64,000 nt of DNA from NCBI GenBank assembly GCA_965248925.1, contig CBDFLE010000006.1, positions 2,240,001-2,304,000 on the forward strand, in the 5' to 3' direction. How positions within the stretch are numbered: position 1 is the first letter of the stretch; the number at the start of each line of letters is the position of its first letter. This DNA is from Candidatus Multivoradales bacterium. GTDB taxonomy: Bacteria; Acidobacteriota; Thermoanaerobaculia; Multivoradales; J023. Shown piece after piece: positions 31,659-41,914 of this stretch. Below the pieces are notes generated by a model, which did no database searches, was not told the origin of the DNA, and was given only the letters and a program-made list of their open reading frames with translations. The translations under genes were made by a program, and so were the position numbers.

Positions 31659-32339
31659 ATGACCCAAACCACCCGACGCTTGCTACTCGCCTGCCTGACC
31701 CTTTCACTCTTGGCCTTGCTCGCCCTGCCGACCCTGGCCGACGACGTTCACGCCGAAGAAGTGCGCAAAGTCGTGCTCAAGATTCTCGCTGGCGACGAGT
31801 TGGTCGAACTCGACCTCTCCGAGCTAGAGATCGGCGAGTCGCAGCAGACCTACGCTGCCGACGGCACTCAAATCGTCGCCACTCGCACCGAAGACAGCTA
31901 CACCATCCAGGTAGGCGACGAAGAAGAGATCGTTGTGTCGACCGGTGGACATGGCGTGCATTTCAACGCCGGAGGTGGCGAAGGGCATCAGGTGATCATC
32001 CGCAAACACATCAGCGAGATGACCGGCGATGGCAGTCATTCTGTGTTTATCAACAGCGACGGCGACGCGCTGCAGATCGAGGTCGACGAAGACTCCTACC
32101 AGTGGATCAGCGGTGACGACGATGAGAGTGCCCACGCCGCTATGGCCCATGTCATCCGCATGCAAACCACGGATCCAGCGCAGCGCCTGATCGACTCCGG
32201 TGTGCTCGATGAACTCGACGCGGCAACCCGGCAGAAGATCCTCGACGAATTGCGCAAGGTTGAATCACCCCACGCAGGCCAGACCAAGGTGATGATCCGC
32301 AAACACCACGACGACAGCGAGCAACAGAAAATCCCCTAG
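31659..32339 (+). CDS. Secreted acidic, His-containing hypothetical protein
   Basis: AAGGAG RBS, signal peptide (TLA-D) and an upstream sigma54 promoter. Confidence 0.82.
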   Translation: MTQTTRRLLLACLTLSLLALLALPTLADDVHAEEVRKVVLKILAGDELVELDLSELEIGESQQTYAADGTQIVATRTEDSYTIQVGDEEEIVVSTGGHGVHFNAGGGEGHQVIIRKHISEMTGDGSHSVFINSDGDALQIEVDEDSYQWISGDDDESAHAAMAHVIRMQTTDPAQRLIDSGVLDELDAATRQKILDELRKVESPHAGQTKVMIRKHHDDSEQQKIP

Positions 32340-32443
32340 AGTTACCCGCAGACCAGCCTGACTCAGGGGCCGGTCTGCCTCGTTTACAGCCGCCCAAAGA
32401 CCGGCCTGGGTTCATCCCTATTGAGGGGTAGAATCCACCCTCC

Positions 32444-33532
32444 ATGAGCGCCCCAACCCGCCCCCTAGTGCTCGGCATCGAGAGTTCCTGCGACGACACC
32501 GCCTGCGCGGTTCTCGACGGCGCTGGCCGAGTATTGTCCTCGGCGGTTTCTAGCCAAATCGCCGCCCACCGGCCATTCGGCGGCGTGGTTCCCGAGATTG
32601 CCTCACGCCAACACCTGGAAGCCTGGCCGACGACCAGCGCCGAAGCCCTCGAAGAAGCCGGCGTGGAACTCGACCAAATCGACCTGGTGGCCGCCACCCG
32701 CGGACCTGGATTGATCGGCTGCTTGCTAGTCGGACTGGCCCTCGGGCGCTCGATCGCCTGGGGTTTGGACAAACCCTTCTACGGTACCCACCACTTGGAG
32801 GGGCACCTTTACTCCCCCTTCCTCGACTCGACGGGAGGCGCCGCGGCCATGCCCCCAGAGCGCTTCGTTTCCCTGGTGGTGTCGGGTGGCCACAGCTCCC
32901 TGTTGCAGCTGCACGGCGGTCACATCGAAAGTCTCGCCGAGACCCGCGACGACGCCATGGGCGAAGTCTTCGACAAAGTCGGCAAACGCCTCGGCCTGGC
33001 CTACCCGCAGGGTCCCCAGGTCGACGAATTGGCCGAGTTGGGCACCGTCGAACGCGGGCACTTCAAAGTCAAACGCGCCAGGGACGAACTGTTCTTCACC
33101 TTCTCCGGTTTGAAGAGTCAAACCCTGAGAGAGATCGAGCGCCTTGAACAAAGAGGCCTGCTGACAGCGCTACCACGGGGCACTGAGCGCCGCGCCGCCG
33201 ACCTGCCTCAAGCTGCCCTCGATCTGCTGGCTGATTTTCGCGACGCCGCTGTGCGCCAGCTCGTCGACCGGCTAGAAAGGCTCCACCAAAGCCGGCCGCT
33301 GGGTTGCTTGGCGGTGTCAGGCGGGGTAGCCGCCAACCGCTTGCTGCGCCGCGAGTTGCGCCGCTGGGCTAGTGAGAGCCAAGTAGATCTCCGCCTGGTG
33401 CCCTTGGTCTACTCTGGCGACAACGCCGCGATGATCGCTTTCGCCGCCTTGATCCGCCATCGCCATGGCCAGGGGCCCGATGCCGACAGCCACCGAGTCG
33501 CCAGCCGCCTGCCCTTCGCCGCCGGCAATTGA
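32444..33532 (+). CDS. tsaD: tRNA N6-adenosine threonylcarbamoyltransferase
   Basis: LGIESSCDDT, GGVVPEIASR, HHLEGH, VSGGH and DNAAMIA motifs. Confidence 0.96.
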   Translation: MSAPTRPLVLGIESSCDDTACAVLDGAGRVLSSAVSSQIAAHRPFGGVVPEIASRQHLEAWPTTSAEALEEAGVELDQIDLVAATRGPGLIGCLLVGLALGRSIAWGLDKPFYGTHHLEGHLYSPFLDSTGGAAAMPPERFVSLVVSGGHSSLLQLHGGHIESLAETRDDAMGEVFDKVGKRLGLAYPQGPQVDELAELGTVERGHFKVKRARDELFFTFSGLKSQTLREIERLEQRGLLTALPRGTERRAADLPQAALDLLADFRDAAVRQLVDRLERLHQSRPLGCLAVSGGVAANRLLRRELRRWASESQVDLRLVPLVYSGDNAAMIAFAALIRHRHGQGPDADSHRVASRLPFAAGN

Positions 33533-33549
33533 GCGCAGCCGCGCCCCAC

Positions 33550-34833
33550 TCAATGGGCGAAGCCAGAAACTACGTAAGTACCGGCTCGGCGATCCCGCTT
33601 GAGATGGATAATGCCCTTCTCCTGAGCATCTTCGAGCAGCCCGGAGAACGAGTTATAGCCGTAATAACCTTCGTTAAAAGAAGGCCGCTTGCGCTTCATC
33701 GTCTGCTTGATCATCGAGCCCCACAGCACTTCCTTATTCTCGCGGATCAAGGCCAACATGGCATCCACCATCAGGCCAAAAACCTCGGCATCGCGAGGCG
33801 ACAGATGGTCTAGCCGCGGCGCTTTCTGCCCATCCCGCCAGATATCCTCGTAATAGATGAACTCGTCGCAATTATCGACCAGCAGCTGCGAAGTCGAGTT
33901 CTTGATGCCAATACCGATGACGTACTTGTTATTCTCGCGCAGCTTCGACACCAACGGCGAGAAATCACTATCGCCCGAGACAATGGCAAAAGTGTCCAAA
34001 TGCTCCTTGGAATAGCAGAGATCCATGGCGTCCACCACCATCTTGATGTCGGCGCTGTTCTTGCCCGAATAGCGCTTGCGCGGGATGTCGATCAGCTCGA
34101 TCGCCGCTTCATGGAAAGGGCGCTTGTAGTCAGCGTAGCGCTGCCAATCGGCGTAGGCCCTCTTGGCGATGATCTTGCCCTTCTCGAGCAAGCGTTCGAG
34201 CAGCAATTGAATCTCGAACTTCTGGCCGTCCTTGCCCTCGATGTCGCGCACTCCGAGAGCCAGGTTCTCGAAATCGCAGAACATCGCGATATTGCGTTCG
34301 TCACTCTCTTGGCTGCGGTCAGGAGGCGCGTAAACCAGCTCTCGCGCATAGGCTTCCGCAGGCTCCCCGGCGGACGGTGGCGAATCCTGGACAGCTGGCG
34401 CAGCCCGCTCACCAGGTCGCGGCAACTCGACCACTGGAGCTGGCACCGACACCGGTGCAGCGGCTAGAGACGGAGCCTCTTCGGTTGCTGGAACACCTTC
34501 AATACGACGGTGACGACGGCGACGGCGACGGCGCTTGGGTCGCTCGGCGCGATTCTCATCCGCCGCCTCGACCACGGCTTCCGGGTCGGCTGTCACGGCC
34601 CGCGGTTCAGCCCCGGGCTCAGCTTCGTCAGTGGTCGCAGCCTCCTCCTGGTTGCTCAGCGGCTCACCAACCTCGGCGGCCGGCGCAGCCGGCTCAGGCT
34701 GGTCAACATCGCCCTGCCCATCCAAGGCAAAGTCCCCGGCCTCCGCCGCCACCTCGCGGCTCGCTGGCCGCGGCTGCGATTCGTCGTCTGAAGCCTGCTC
34801 ATCGCTGCTCGAACGTAACCACCAAGGTGCCAA
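33550..34833 (-). CDS. NYN (LabA/DUF88) domain protein with C-terminal OST-HTH and a low-complexity N-terminus
   Basis: FCDFEN, GKNSADIKMVVDA, SGDSDFSPL and PSFNEGYYG motifs. Confidence 0.9.
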   Translation of the reverse strand: MAPWWLRSSSDEQASDDESQPRPASREVAAEAGDFALDGQGDVDQPEPAAPAAEVGEPLSNQEEAATTDEAEPGAEPRAVTADPEAVVEAADENRAERPKRRRRRRRHRRIEGVPATEEAPSLAAAPVSVPAPVVELPRPGERAAPAVQDSPPSAGEPAEAYARELVYAPPDRSQESDERNIAMFCDFENLALGVRDIEGKDGQKFEIQLLLERLLEKGKIIAKRAYADWQRYADYKRPFHEAAIELIDIPRKRYSGKNSADIKMVVDAMDLCYSKEHLDTFAIVSGDSDFSPLVSKLRENNKYVIGIGIKNSTSQLLVDNCDEFIYYEDIWRDGQKAPRLDHLSPRDAEVFGLMVDAMLALIRENKEVLWGSMIKQTMKRKRPSFNEGYYGYNSFSGLLEDAQEKGIIHLKRDRRAGTYVVSGFAH

Positions 34834-35118
34834 GAGACGCCTCCTTACTGCAGAATCGAAAAGTCAGTAAACTCGATCGATCCGGGCGTGCCCCCCCCCC
34901 GCCAATCAACACGGAGACCTCGACCATGGGGGCTCGCGGACGACGGGCGAAGGCGCCCTGGACCGAAGGCCGGTATCCTAGCATTGGCCACCAGCGGCCG
35001 GAGACGAAAGCAGCGATCAAGCCGCCTCAGCGTTGATATACTCAGCCCTCGCATCCACCTCCGCCGCCACGGCGACCATCGGCCGCGCCTCGGGCACGGC
35101 GCAGCACGAGTCGAGAAC

Positions 35119-35769
35119 TTGAGTAGCGAACCCTTACCCCTGAACTACCTCGCGGTCGACGGCCCCATCGGGGTTGGCAAGACCACCTTGGTAGACATGC
35201 TGGCGAAGCGCTTCGAGGGCGTCAAAGTGCTCGAGGACGTCACCAACCCATTCCTCGACGACTTCTACAAAGACCGTCCCGGGGCGCCATTCCAGACCCA
35301 GCTGTACTTCCTGCTATCGCGCTTCCAGCAGCAACAGGAGATCGTCCAGCGCGAACTCTTCCAACGCCTGGTGGTAGCCGACTACCCGTTCGTCAAAGAC
35401 CGCATCTTCGCCTACCTAAACCTCAGTGACGACGAGCTGATGCTCTACGACAAGCTCTACCAGGTACTCGAACCGCAGGTCCCCCAGCCCGACCTGCTGC
35501 TCTATCTGGCGGCCGACGTCGACACCTGCATGGAGCGCATCAAGCGCCGCAACCGCACCTTCGAGCGCAACATGGCCCCCGAGTACCTGCAAGAGTTGCT
35601 CGACGCCTACAACCACTACTACCAGTACCACGCCGCATGCCCGGTGCTGGTGGTCGACACCCGGGACCTCAACTTCCCCAACCGTCCGGGAGACTTCGAA
35701 GAACTCATCGAGCAGTTACGCCGGCCGATCAAAGGCACCCAGCACTACGTACCGATGGCCCGTCGCTGA
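35119..35769 (+). CDS. Deoxynucleoside kinase
   Basis: VDGPIGVGKTT, NPFL..FY, QLYFLLSR and PDLLLYL motifs; TTG start inferred. Confidence 0.92.
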   Translation: MSSEPLPLNYLAVDGPIGVGKTTLVDMLAKRFEGVKVLEDVTNPFLDDFYKDRPGAPFQTQLYFLLSRFQQQQEIVQRELFQRLVVADYPFVKDRIFAYLNLSDDELMLYDKLYQVLEPQVPQPDLLLYLAADVDTCMERIKRRNRTFERNMAPEYLQELLDAYNHYYQYHAACPVLVVDTRDLNFPNRPGDFEELIEQLRRPIKGTQHYVPMARR

Positions 35770-35856
35770 GCGCCCAGCTTCGGCCCCCAGCCCGAGCCCT
35801 CGGGCATCCACCGCACCGCGCTCCGCGAGAGCGCTCAAGATATCGAGATTCAAGCC

Positions 35857-36672
35857 ATGAGCCCCACCACCGAGACCCTCGCAGTCGACCCCAGCCTGGC
35901 CATCCAACCCCTGCGGATCGCCGACCGCACCTTCACCTCGCGCCTGTTGCTGGGCACCGGCAAATATCCCGACAGCCAGACCATGGTGCGAGCGCTCGAA
36001 GTTTCCGGCACCGAGATCGTCACCGTCGCCCTACGGCGGGTCAATCTCAGTGACCCCGACGGCGAAGCCTTCATCCACCATGTCGACCGCCAGCGCTACC
36101 TCTTCCTGCCCAACACTGCCGGCTGCTACGCCGCTGAGGAAGCCGTGCGCACCGCCCGTCTGGCACGCGAACTCGGCGGCTGGGATTGGGTCAAGCTAGA
36201 AGTGATTGGCGACAAGAAGACCCTCTTCCCCGACAACCGCGAGTTGCTAGCCGCCACCGAAACCCTGGTTGGCGAAGGCTTCACCGTGTTGCCCTACACC
36301 AACGACGACCCCGTCGTCTGTCGCCAGCTCGAAGAGCTAGGCGCCGCCGCGGTCATGCCCCTAGGAGCGCCCATCGGCTCCGGGATGGGCATTCGCAACC
36401 CCGCCAACCTGCGAATCATCATCGAACAAGCTGGAGTACCCGTGATCGTCGATGCTGGCGTCGGCACCGCCAGCGACGCCGCCGTCGCCCTAGAGCTAGG
36501 TGCCGATGGAGTGCTAATGAACACCGGCATTGCCTGTGCCCAAGACCCCGTGCGCATGGCCCACGCCATGAAGCTCGCCGTCGAAGCCGGCTGGCAAGCC
36601 GCCCACGCCGGCCGCATCCAGCAAAACCTCTACGCCATCGCCAGTTCCCCAGTCCAAGGACTCATCGAGTAG
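35857..36672 (+). CDS. thiG: Thiazole synthase
   Basis: [26 protein letters not shown] and VDAGVG motifs. Confidence 0.97.
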   Translation: MSPTTETLAVDPSLAIQPLRIADRTFTSRLLLGTGKYPDSQTMVRALEVSGTEIVTVALRRVNLSDPDGEAFIHHVDRQRYLFLPNTAGCYAAEEAVRTARLARELGGWDWVKLEVIGDKKTLFPDNRELLAATETLVGEGFTVLPYTNDDPVVCRQLEELGAAAVMPLGAPIGSGMGIRNPANLRIIIEQAGVPVIVDAGVGTASDAAVALELGADGVLMNTGIACAQDPVRMAHAMKLAVEAGWQAAHAGRIQQNLYAIASSPVQGLIE

Positions 36673-36740
36673 GATGCCCAGGGCTTGCAGCCGACCATTT
36701 CATCGGCTACAATCCCGCTCCGCGCCGTCCGGCGCGACAT

Positions 36741-36817
36741 GCACCCGTAGCTCAACTGGATAGAGCGTCTGACTACGGATCAGGAGGTTAGGGGTTCGAC
36801 TCCCTTCGGGTGCACCA
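36741..36817 (+). tRNA. tRNA-Arg(ACG); probable island integration site
   Basis: GCACCCGTAGCTCAACTGGATAGAGCG-TCTGA CT ACG GA TCAGG-AGGTTAGGGGTTCGACTCCCTTCGGGTGCACCA. Confidence 0.97.
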
Positions 36818-36831
36818 TTTAACTCCCTTGA

Positions 36832-36904
36832 AATCAACTAATTAGGCACACCACTCGGCTACTGCTGTGTTCTCTGTTTCTGGAAAGTAACCAGGAAGTA
36901 ACCA
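36832..36904. promoter_or_regulatory. att-arm signals: IHF-like site and tandem arm-type repeats
   Basis: AATCAACTAATTA (36832-36844) fits WATCAANNNNTTR; AAGTAACCA repeated at 36885-36893 and 36896-36904. Confidence 0.6.
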
Positions 36905-36993
36905 GAGCAGATGTGCTCATGTGAGCCACCCTTCGCCTCTCCTGCGCCTTTGTAGAGCGAACTCATCTGAGTTCGCCTGGAAGAACTCGCCCA

Positions 36994-38298
36994 ATGAAGG
37001 GGGGAACGGTGGCGGATCTATGGTGGTACCCGATTGGTTTCGTGGCAGCCCTACTGGGGTATGTCCAGTTGCACAATGCCCGGAGTGGTCGCCAGAAAGC
37101 CGGCTCCCTATTCTGGGCTGGTGGCGCTGCCTACCTCGCCTTCCGGAACTTTTGGCTCTTCGAGTACGCCGATACGGATCGGTTGATCTGGTTTGCTCTG
37201 ATCTTCTGTGCCGCCAGCCCCGTGCTTGGCTATCTGTGGTGGGGGCGTGACGGTGAGATTCGGCGAAGATTCTTCCGCATGCTTCTGTTCTTGGCGCTGT
37301 TGACCGTGGGATTCGTCGGTTGGTCGTTTGTCGTGGAATCACCCTTGGCAGTCCTGGTGTTGGCTCTCTCTACCGCTGTCCTCCCGTTCCTTCCCGCACG
37401 AAAGTTCCGGGGCTGGCTTACTCGACGCCGTCTGGTCGCCAGGGGTCGCGACGAGCAGCGCCAAGCCCATCAGCTCAGTGAAGCCGAGCATCGACAGCAA
37501 GAGATCGAGCTTGCCCAATCTCACCAAGCGCAAGCCGCGACCCAGCGTCAGCTCACGACAAAGGAAAAGCAGGTCGCTGCCCTCAAGCGCAAAGATGCGC
37601 AGCGGCGCCAAAAGAAGGAACTGCGCCGACAAGAGATCTCTGGCCAGATTCAGCAGCTGCGCGAAGCCGAAGTGGAACAAGTGCAGCGTGGCAAACCAGA
37701 TCTCCGCTTCCATGCCGACTACGGTTTCCTGATAGCCGAAGCTTGGCGCGTGCTCCGCGCGCAGATCGCCCGTGGTGACCGTGTGCCCGCGGTCGAGCAC
37801 GACGCCTTCTTTTTCCAGGTCGTTGAGGAGTTGCTCGCAGCCGAAGATTTCGAAGGGCGGTACTTCCATGCCAAAGGTCGGAAAGCGATCACCACCGCCA
37901 ATCGCTATCTCGCCGGGCGTGTTCCGCTGCGGAAGGCGGTACGCCAAATCCAACGTCTGCGCTTGACCCCGGCGCAGCTGGCCCCGGAACCGCTTCAACA
38001 CGGTGTAGGGGCCGAGCTGCTCGAAGTGTGGCTCGTGCCCCACCGCCGCTTGCAGGCGGCGCAATGGGAGGAATTCCAAGACGGGAACCACACCTACCAT
38101 GTGCAGATCATGACCGTCTGGACCCGGAGGGGGAAAGGGAGCGGCCAACCCAATCGCCAGCAGTGGCAAGACCTCTGGGATGAGCAACCGGCGTTGTTCC
38201 TGAAGCCCGTCACCACGTCAACAGCGCAGTCACGGCAGAAAGCATCCCCATGGCGGAAAGTGGTTTCCAGTATCTCGCAGCGCGTCAAAGCCAGATAG
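36994..38298 (+). CDS. Membrane protein with a coiled coil (unknown function)
   Basis: About 5 N-terminal TM segments, then a Q/R/K-rich helical region; overlaps the ATPase gene. Confidence 0.75.
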   Translation: MKGGTVADLWWYPIGFVAALLGYVQLHNARSGRQKAGSLFWAGGAAYLAFRNFWLFEYADTDRLIWFALIFCAASPVLGYLWWGRDGEIRRRFFRMLLFLALLTVGFVGWSFVVESPLAVLVLALSTAVLPFLPARKFRGWLTRRRLVARGRDEQRQAHQLSEAEHRQQEIELAQSHQAQAATQRQLTTKEKQVAALKRKDAQRRQKKELRRQEISGQIQQLREAEVEQVQRGKPDLRFHADYGFLIAEAWRVLRAQIARGDRVPAVEHDAFFFQVVEELLAAEDFEGRYFHAKGRKAITTANRYLAGRVPLRKAVRQIQRLRLTPAQLAPEPLQHGVGAELLEVWLVPHRRLQAAQWEEFQDGNHTYHVQIMTVWTRRGKGSGQPNRQQWQDLWDEQPALFLKPVTTSTAQSRQKASPWRKVVSSISQRVKAR

Positions 38299-40172
38299 AC
38301 CACCGCGTCCACGCCGGGAATCGGTTCGCTGGCGGACAGGCGGTTTGGCTGAGCGAGAAAGAGCGCGCGGTGCACACCTATGTCTGCGGTGTGTCCGGCT
38401 CCGGCAAGAGCCGTTTTCTCCAAAATCTGCTGTTCCAAGATATTGGGAAAGGGCATCCCGTCGCGCTGATCGACCCGATGGGCGACCTCTACCGCAGCGT
38501 GCTCGAGTTCGTCGCCACCGGTTTGGAACGCGCCGCAGAATGCGGCTTCACCCGCCGTGAGCTGCTGCCGCGCTATCTCTTTCTCGACGCATCTGACGAA
38601 GGAAACTCTCTGCAACTAAACCCGTTCGAGAGTAGCCCGCACGAAAGCAGCGAACAGCAAGTGGACGACCTGATGAAGGCGCTCGAACGTCTGTTCGATG
38701 GAAAGCTCGAAGAACAGCGCCGACTGAGAAATGTGCTGCGCGCCACCTTTATCCTGATCGCTGAACTCAACCGTCTACCCTTGCGGCAGCGCCCACCGCT
38801 CCTGGGCTTCATCGCCGACACCAGCTATCCGCTGACGCTGTTCTCTGCCCCCGACATTCTCAACATGAAGAACAACGAGCGGCAGCTGCTGCTCGATGCC
38901 CTTCCTTCCTCACCTCGTCTGCATTTCCAGCGGCAGTACTGGCAAAATCTGGCGCAGAATCCGCGTGAACAGAGCCAGATCGTGCAATCGAGCTGGAACG
39001 TCCTGCAGTACCTGCTCGCCGATGACCTGGTGCTGCGAGTGTTCGGCACACAGCGCAGCACCTTCGACTTCACGACCCTGCTGCGTGACGGCATCAGCCT
39101 GTTCTGCTTTCTCCCGAAGAACGAGAATCTCGCCGGAGCGCGCTTCCTCGGCAAGTACCTGACGACGAAGCTCCAGCACACCGCGTATCGCCGACCACAG
39201 GCGGAATGGCAGCGGGCGTACGCCCTCTACCTCGACGAATTCCACCACTTCGTTGACCAAACCTTCGCCGACGCCATGACCAATCTGCGGAAATTTGGTC
39301 TGCGGGTGACCAACGCGCACCAGACCCAATCCCAGCCGCCCTTCGACACCCGTGAAGGACAGTCACTGCTGAAAACCATCCGCGCCAACTCCCGCGTGAA
39401 GGTGCTCTTCCGCCTCGATCGCCCCGATGCCGAGCAGCTGAGCAAGGAGCTGTTCCAACTCACGCAGCAACGGGCGAACTTTCAGGCGACGGATCAGACG
39501 CAGGGAAGCTCTGAACAGCAAAGCAGTAGCCTGGCGCATTCGTCCGGCCAAACAACCGGCAGCGGCACGAGTTCGAGCCAGTCAAGTGCCCACAACACGG
39601 GTTCGTCCAGCTCGATGCGCGAAGATTCCGGCGGAGACCTACTGGGTGGCCAGGGTACGTCGGCAGGAAACAGCCTGAGCAGAAATCGCGGCCATTCTGA
39701 ACACTTCGGGTCTTCGGCGAGTGAACAGCGGACGCTCGGACAGTCGAAGAGCACTTCAGAATCTCGCACCACTCGCACGATCTACCACACCCTCGAAGGC
39801 GAGCGCGAGCTGCTGATCAACCAGCTTCAACACTTGCCCGATCGGCAGTGCTACGTCTCCACGGCGTCACTCCAGGCCGAGTTGGTCGAAACGCCCTACG
39901 TACCCGACAGCCACTACGCCTACGTCGCGGAGAATTTGCCGGAGCGGATCTTGGAGTTGCAGCGGGAGCGGCTGGCGGAGGGCCAGCGCGAGGAGTTTCA
40001 GAAGCCAGAAGTGAGGATGCTGCCGGCGGCGCAGGTGGTGGAGATCGAAGTGGCAGCGGCGCCAGAGGTGGTCGAGGTGGCTGCGATTGAAACAGTCGCA
40101 GAGGTTGAAGAGACGGTGGTGGAGCTGGCAGTGCTAGAGGTGCAGGACGAGGATGATCCGTTCTTGGACTAG
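38250..40172 (+). CDS. Type IV coupling-protein-like ATPase (TraD/TraG/HerA-like)
   Basis: Walker A GVSGSGKS, LIDPMGD, LNPF, Walker B LYLDEFHHF, RKFGL...AHQ, and a Ser/Gly-rich insert typical of coupling proteins. Confidence 0.85.
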   Translation: MAESGFQYLAARQSQIDHRVHAGNRFAGGQAVWLSEKERAVHTYVCGVSGSGKSRFLQNLLFQDIGKGHPVALIDPMGDLYRSVLEFVATGLERAAECGFTRRELLPRYLFLDASDEGNSLQLNPFESSPHESSEQQVDDLMKALERLFDGKLEEQRRLRNVLRATFILIAELNRLPLRQRPPLLGFIADTSYPLTLFSAPDILNMKNNERQLLLDALPSSPRLHFQRQYWQNLAQNPREQSQIVQSSWNVLQYLLADDLVLRVFGTQRSTFDFTTLLRDGISLFCFLPKNENLAGARFLGKYLTTKLQHTAYRRPQAEWQRAYALYLDEFHHFVDQTFADAMTNLRKFGLRVTNAHQTQSQPPFDTREGQSLLKTIRANSRVKVLFRLDRPDAEQLSKELFQLTQQRANFQATDQTQGSSEQQSSSLAHSSGQTTGSGTSSSQSSAHNTGSSSSMREDSGGDLLGGQGTSAGNSLSRNRGHSEHFGSSASEQRTLGQSKSTSESRTTRTIYHTLEGERELLINQLQHLPDRQCYVSTASLQAELVETPYVPDSHYAYVAENLPERILELQRERLAEGQREEFQKPEVRMLPAAQVVEIEVAAAPEVVEVAAIETVAEVEETVVELAVLEVQDEDDPFLD

Positions 40173-40981
40173 CCGGTTTCTTCTCCACCGCCCTTCTCCG
40201 CAATCGGGCTGTAGGCCCAACCCAATCGATATTTGCTTTCGCAATTCGAACATTTGATTACTTGTCCAATCCGGATCAAGCGGTTCTGGATGTACATTGC
40301 CTCTCGGCAATTTTGACAAACGACCCTCGTTTCCGGAATCTTGACGATCCATTCTTCTCCATCCTCTGTACGCTCCGCTTCGTGCTCAGCGCCACAGTCT
40401 GGATCAAGACAGATAGCCTTTCCCGACTCTTGCAATCCGTCATCGTTACAAACCACCTTCTGTCCGCAGGCGAGGCAGTCAAATTCTACATTTATGGCGA
40501 GACCCGCATCCATTGAGCTGGCTACTACAGGCCCAAGTTCCTCTAACATTCTCGAAAGTGCAGCGCGCATCTTTTCTAATCTGACCGGGTACGGTAGCCT
40601 GGGCGTAACGAACGGCTGATCTTCGTGAAGGTAGCTTCCGAGCTTGTTGTAGTGCTTCTGGACCCACTTGTACTTCACGGTGCGATGGGTTCCCATATGC
40701 TGCCATTTTTCGCCAGGCACCCCTAGCTCTGTTTCTCGCGCCATACGGAGGGTGAAGTCCTCGTCAGCGTTTGGCTCCAGTTGCAAAAGCGCCTTAAGTG
40801 CCTGGGGCGGTTGCCACTTTTTCTTTACCGACGCGGGAAGGCGGCTGGCATAGGTCTTGAGTTTGGAGTAGACGATGTCTTCCAGGCACAACCTCAGCTC
40901 CAAGGCGGCGTAGATCAATCGGTCGTCGTCGCCCGACTCAAGATGTTCTTTGGCTCTCCGATAATGCTCTCTCTTCGACAC
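40169..40981 (-). CDS. Hypothetical protein, HEPN-like N-terminus plus zinc ribbons
   Basis: YAALELRLCLE...YNKLGSYLH; four Cys pairs (CLAC, CLDPDC, CQNC, CSNC). Confidence 0.7.
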   Translation of the reverse strand: MSKREHYRRAKEHLESGDDDRLIYAALELRLCLEDIVYSKLKTYASRLPASVKKKWQPPQALKALLQLEPNADEDFTLRMARETELGVPGEKWQHMGTHRTVKYKWVQKHYNKLGSYLHEDQPFVTPRLPYPVRLEKMRAALSRMLEELGPVVASSMDAGLAINVEFDCLACGQKVVCNDDGLQESGKAICLDPDCGAEHEAERTEDGEEWIVKIPETRVVCQNCREAMYIQNRLIRIGQVIKCSNCESKYRLGWAYSPIAEKGGGEETG

Positions 40982-40996
40982 TGTTCTCCTCCCAAG

Positions 40997-41914
40997 TCAA
41001 GGTCTCCGTGCTCGCGCCAAACCCCTCCCCACCCCAACCCGATTCCTCCAGATCCCCTCGAACAAGACGTTCTGCGCCTTGAACGCTTCCACATCCGTCA
41101 TGCTCAGCAGCTCAAACCCCGGCTGCTCAGCCAACGACTCCGCCAGATTCTTCACCCGCCGCGGAGTCGTCGTCACCAGCAGCACCCGGAAGTCCCGCAC
41201 CTCGCCGTAGCGCTGCCAGAGCCGGTTTTCGGGAACAGTCGGATCTGACGCTTTCAGATAGTGGTGGTACGCCAACAGCTTCGTCGCCAACTGTTGCGAA
41301 CTCTCCGATCCGCGATCCGCTTCAAGGAAGTAGAGCCTCGCCCGCTTTCCCTGCCGCAGAGCAAAGACCAGATCGGGGCGAATGCGCAGCGGAACCGACT
41401 CCCCAGCCACGACCACATCTTCCTGCGTCACGAAGCGCTCGACGTGTTTGCGCTTCGCCGGATTGCCCACCGCATGCGTCGTCAGGAACGGCACACCGAG
41501 AGGTGCCAGATCGGAAAGCTCGAAGCTGCTGCGCCGGATCGACTCCACAAACCGCACTGCCCCCTCGCTGACCAGCAGGGCATGTTGAAGCTGGCGCTCC
41601 GTTTCCTCCCCGCGTGGCTGGTACAGCCGCCTCTGGCGAATACCAAACCGTTCGCGCAGCTCCGGCAATGCTTGCTCGGTTAGGAAGTAGATGCGCTCGC
41701 GCGTCTCCACCATCCGATCATCCGCCAGATAGCCAGCTTGGTAGAGCCGACGCAGCCGTTTGCGCACGTTGTGCAACGACGAGAGGCGTCCCGTGCCCGG
41801 CTGGAAATAGCCCAGCCGCCGCAGCTGCCCGAGCGTCAACACGCGCAGCATCCAGAGCCAGCTAAACAGCTCGACATCGGTGGCGGTCAGCACTAATCGG
41901 GAAACACGAAGCAC
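40997..41914 (-). CDS. Replication-relaxation family (MOBC-like) relaxase
   Basis: N-terminal winged helix (RKRLRRL...GYL), LQHALLVSE, RPDLVF, YFLEADRGSE, KLLAY and FRVLLVT motifs. Confidence 0.85.
   Translation of the reverse strand: MLRVSRLVLTATDVELFSWLWMLRVLTLGQLRRLGYFQPGTGRLSSLHNVRKRLRRLYQAGYLADDRMVETRERIYFLTEQALPELRERFGIRQRRLYQPRGEETERQLQHALLVSEGAVRFVESIRRSSFELSDLAPLGVPFLTTHAVGNPAKRKHVERFVTQEDVVVAGESVPLRIRPDLVFALRQGKRARLYFLEADRGSESSQQLATKLLAYHHYLKASDPTVPENRLWQRYGEVRDFRVLLVTTTPRRVKNLAESLAEQPGFELLSMTDVEAFKAQNVLFEGIWRNRVGVGRGLARARRP

Noticed and set aside
34891-34900. C10 homopolymer as a phase-variation switch
   Set aside because: Intergenic, not clearly between promoter boxes, and no evidence of length variation is available.
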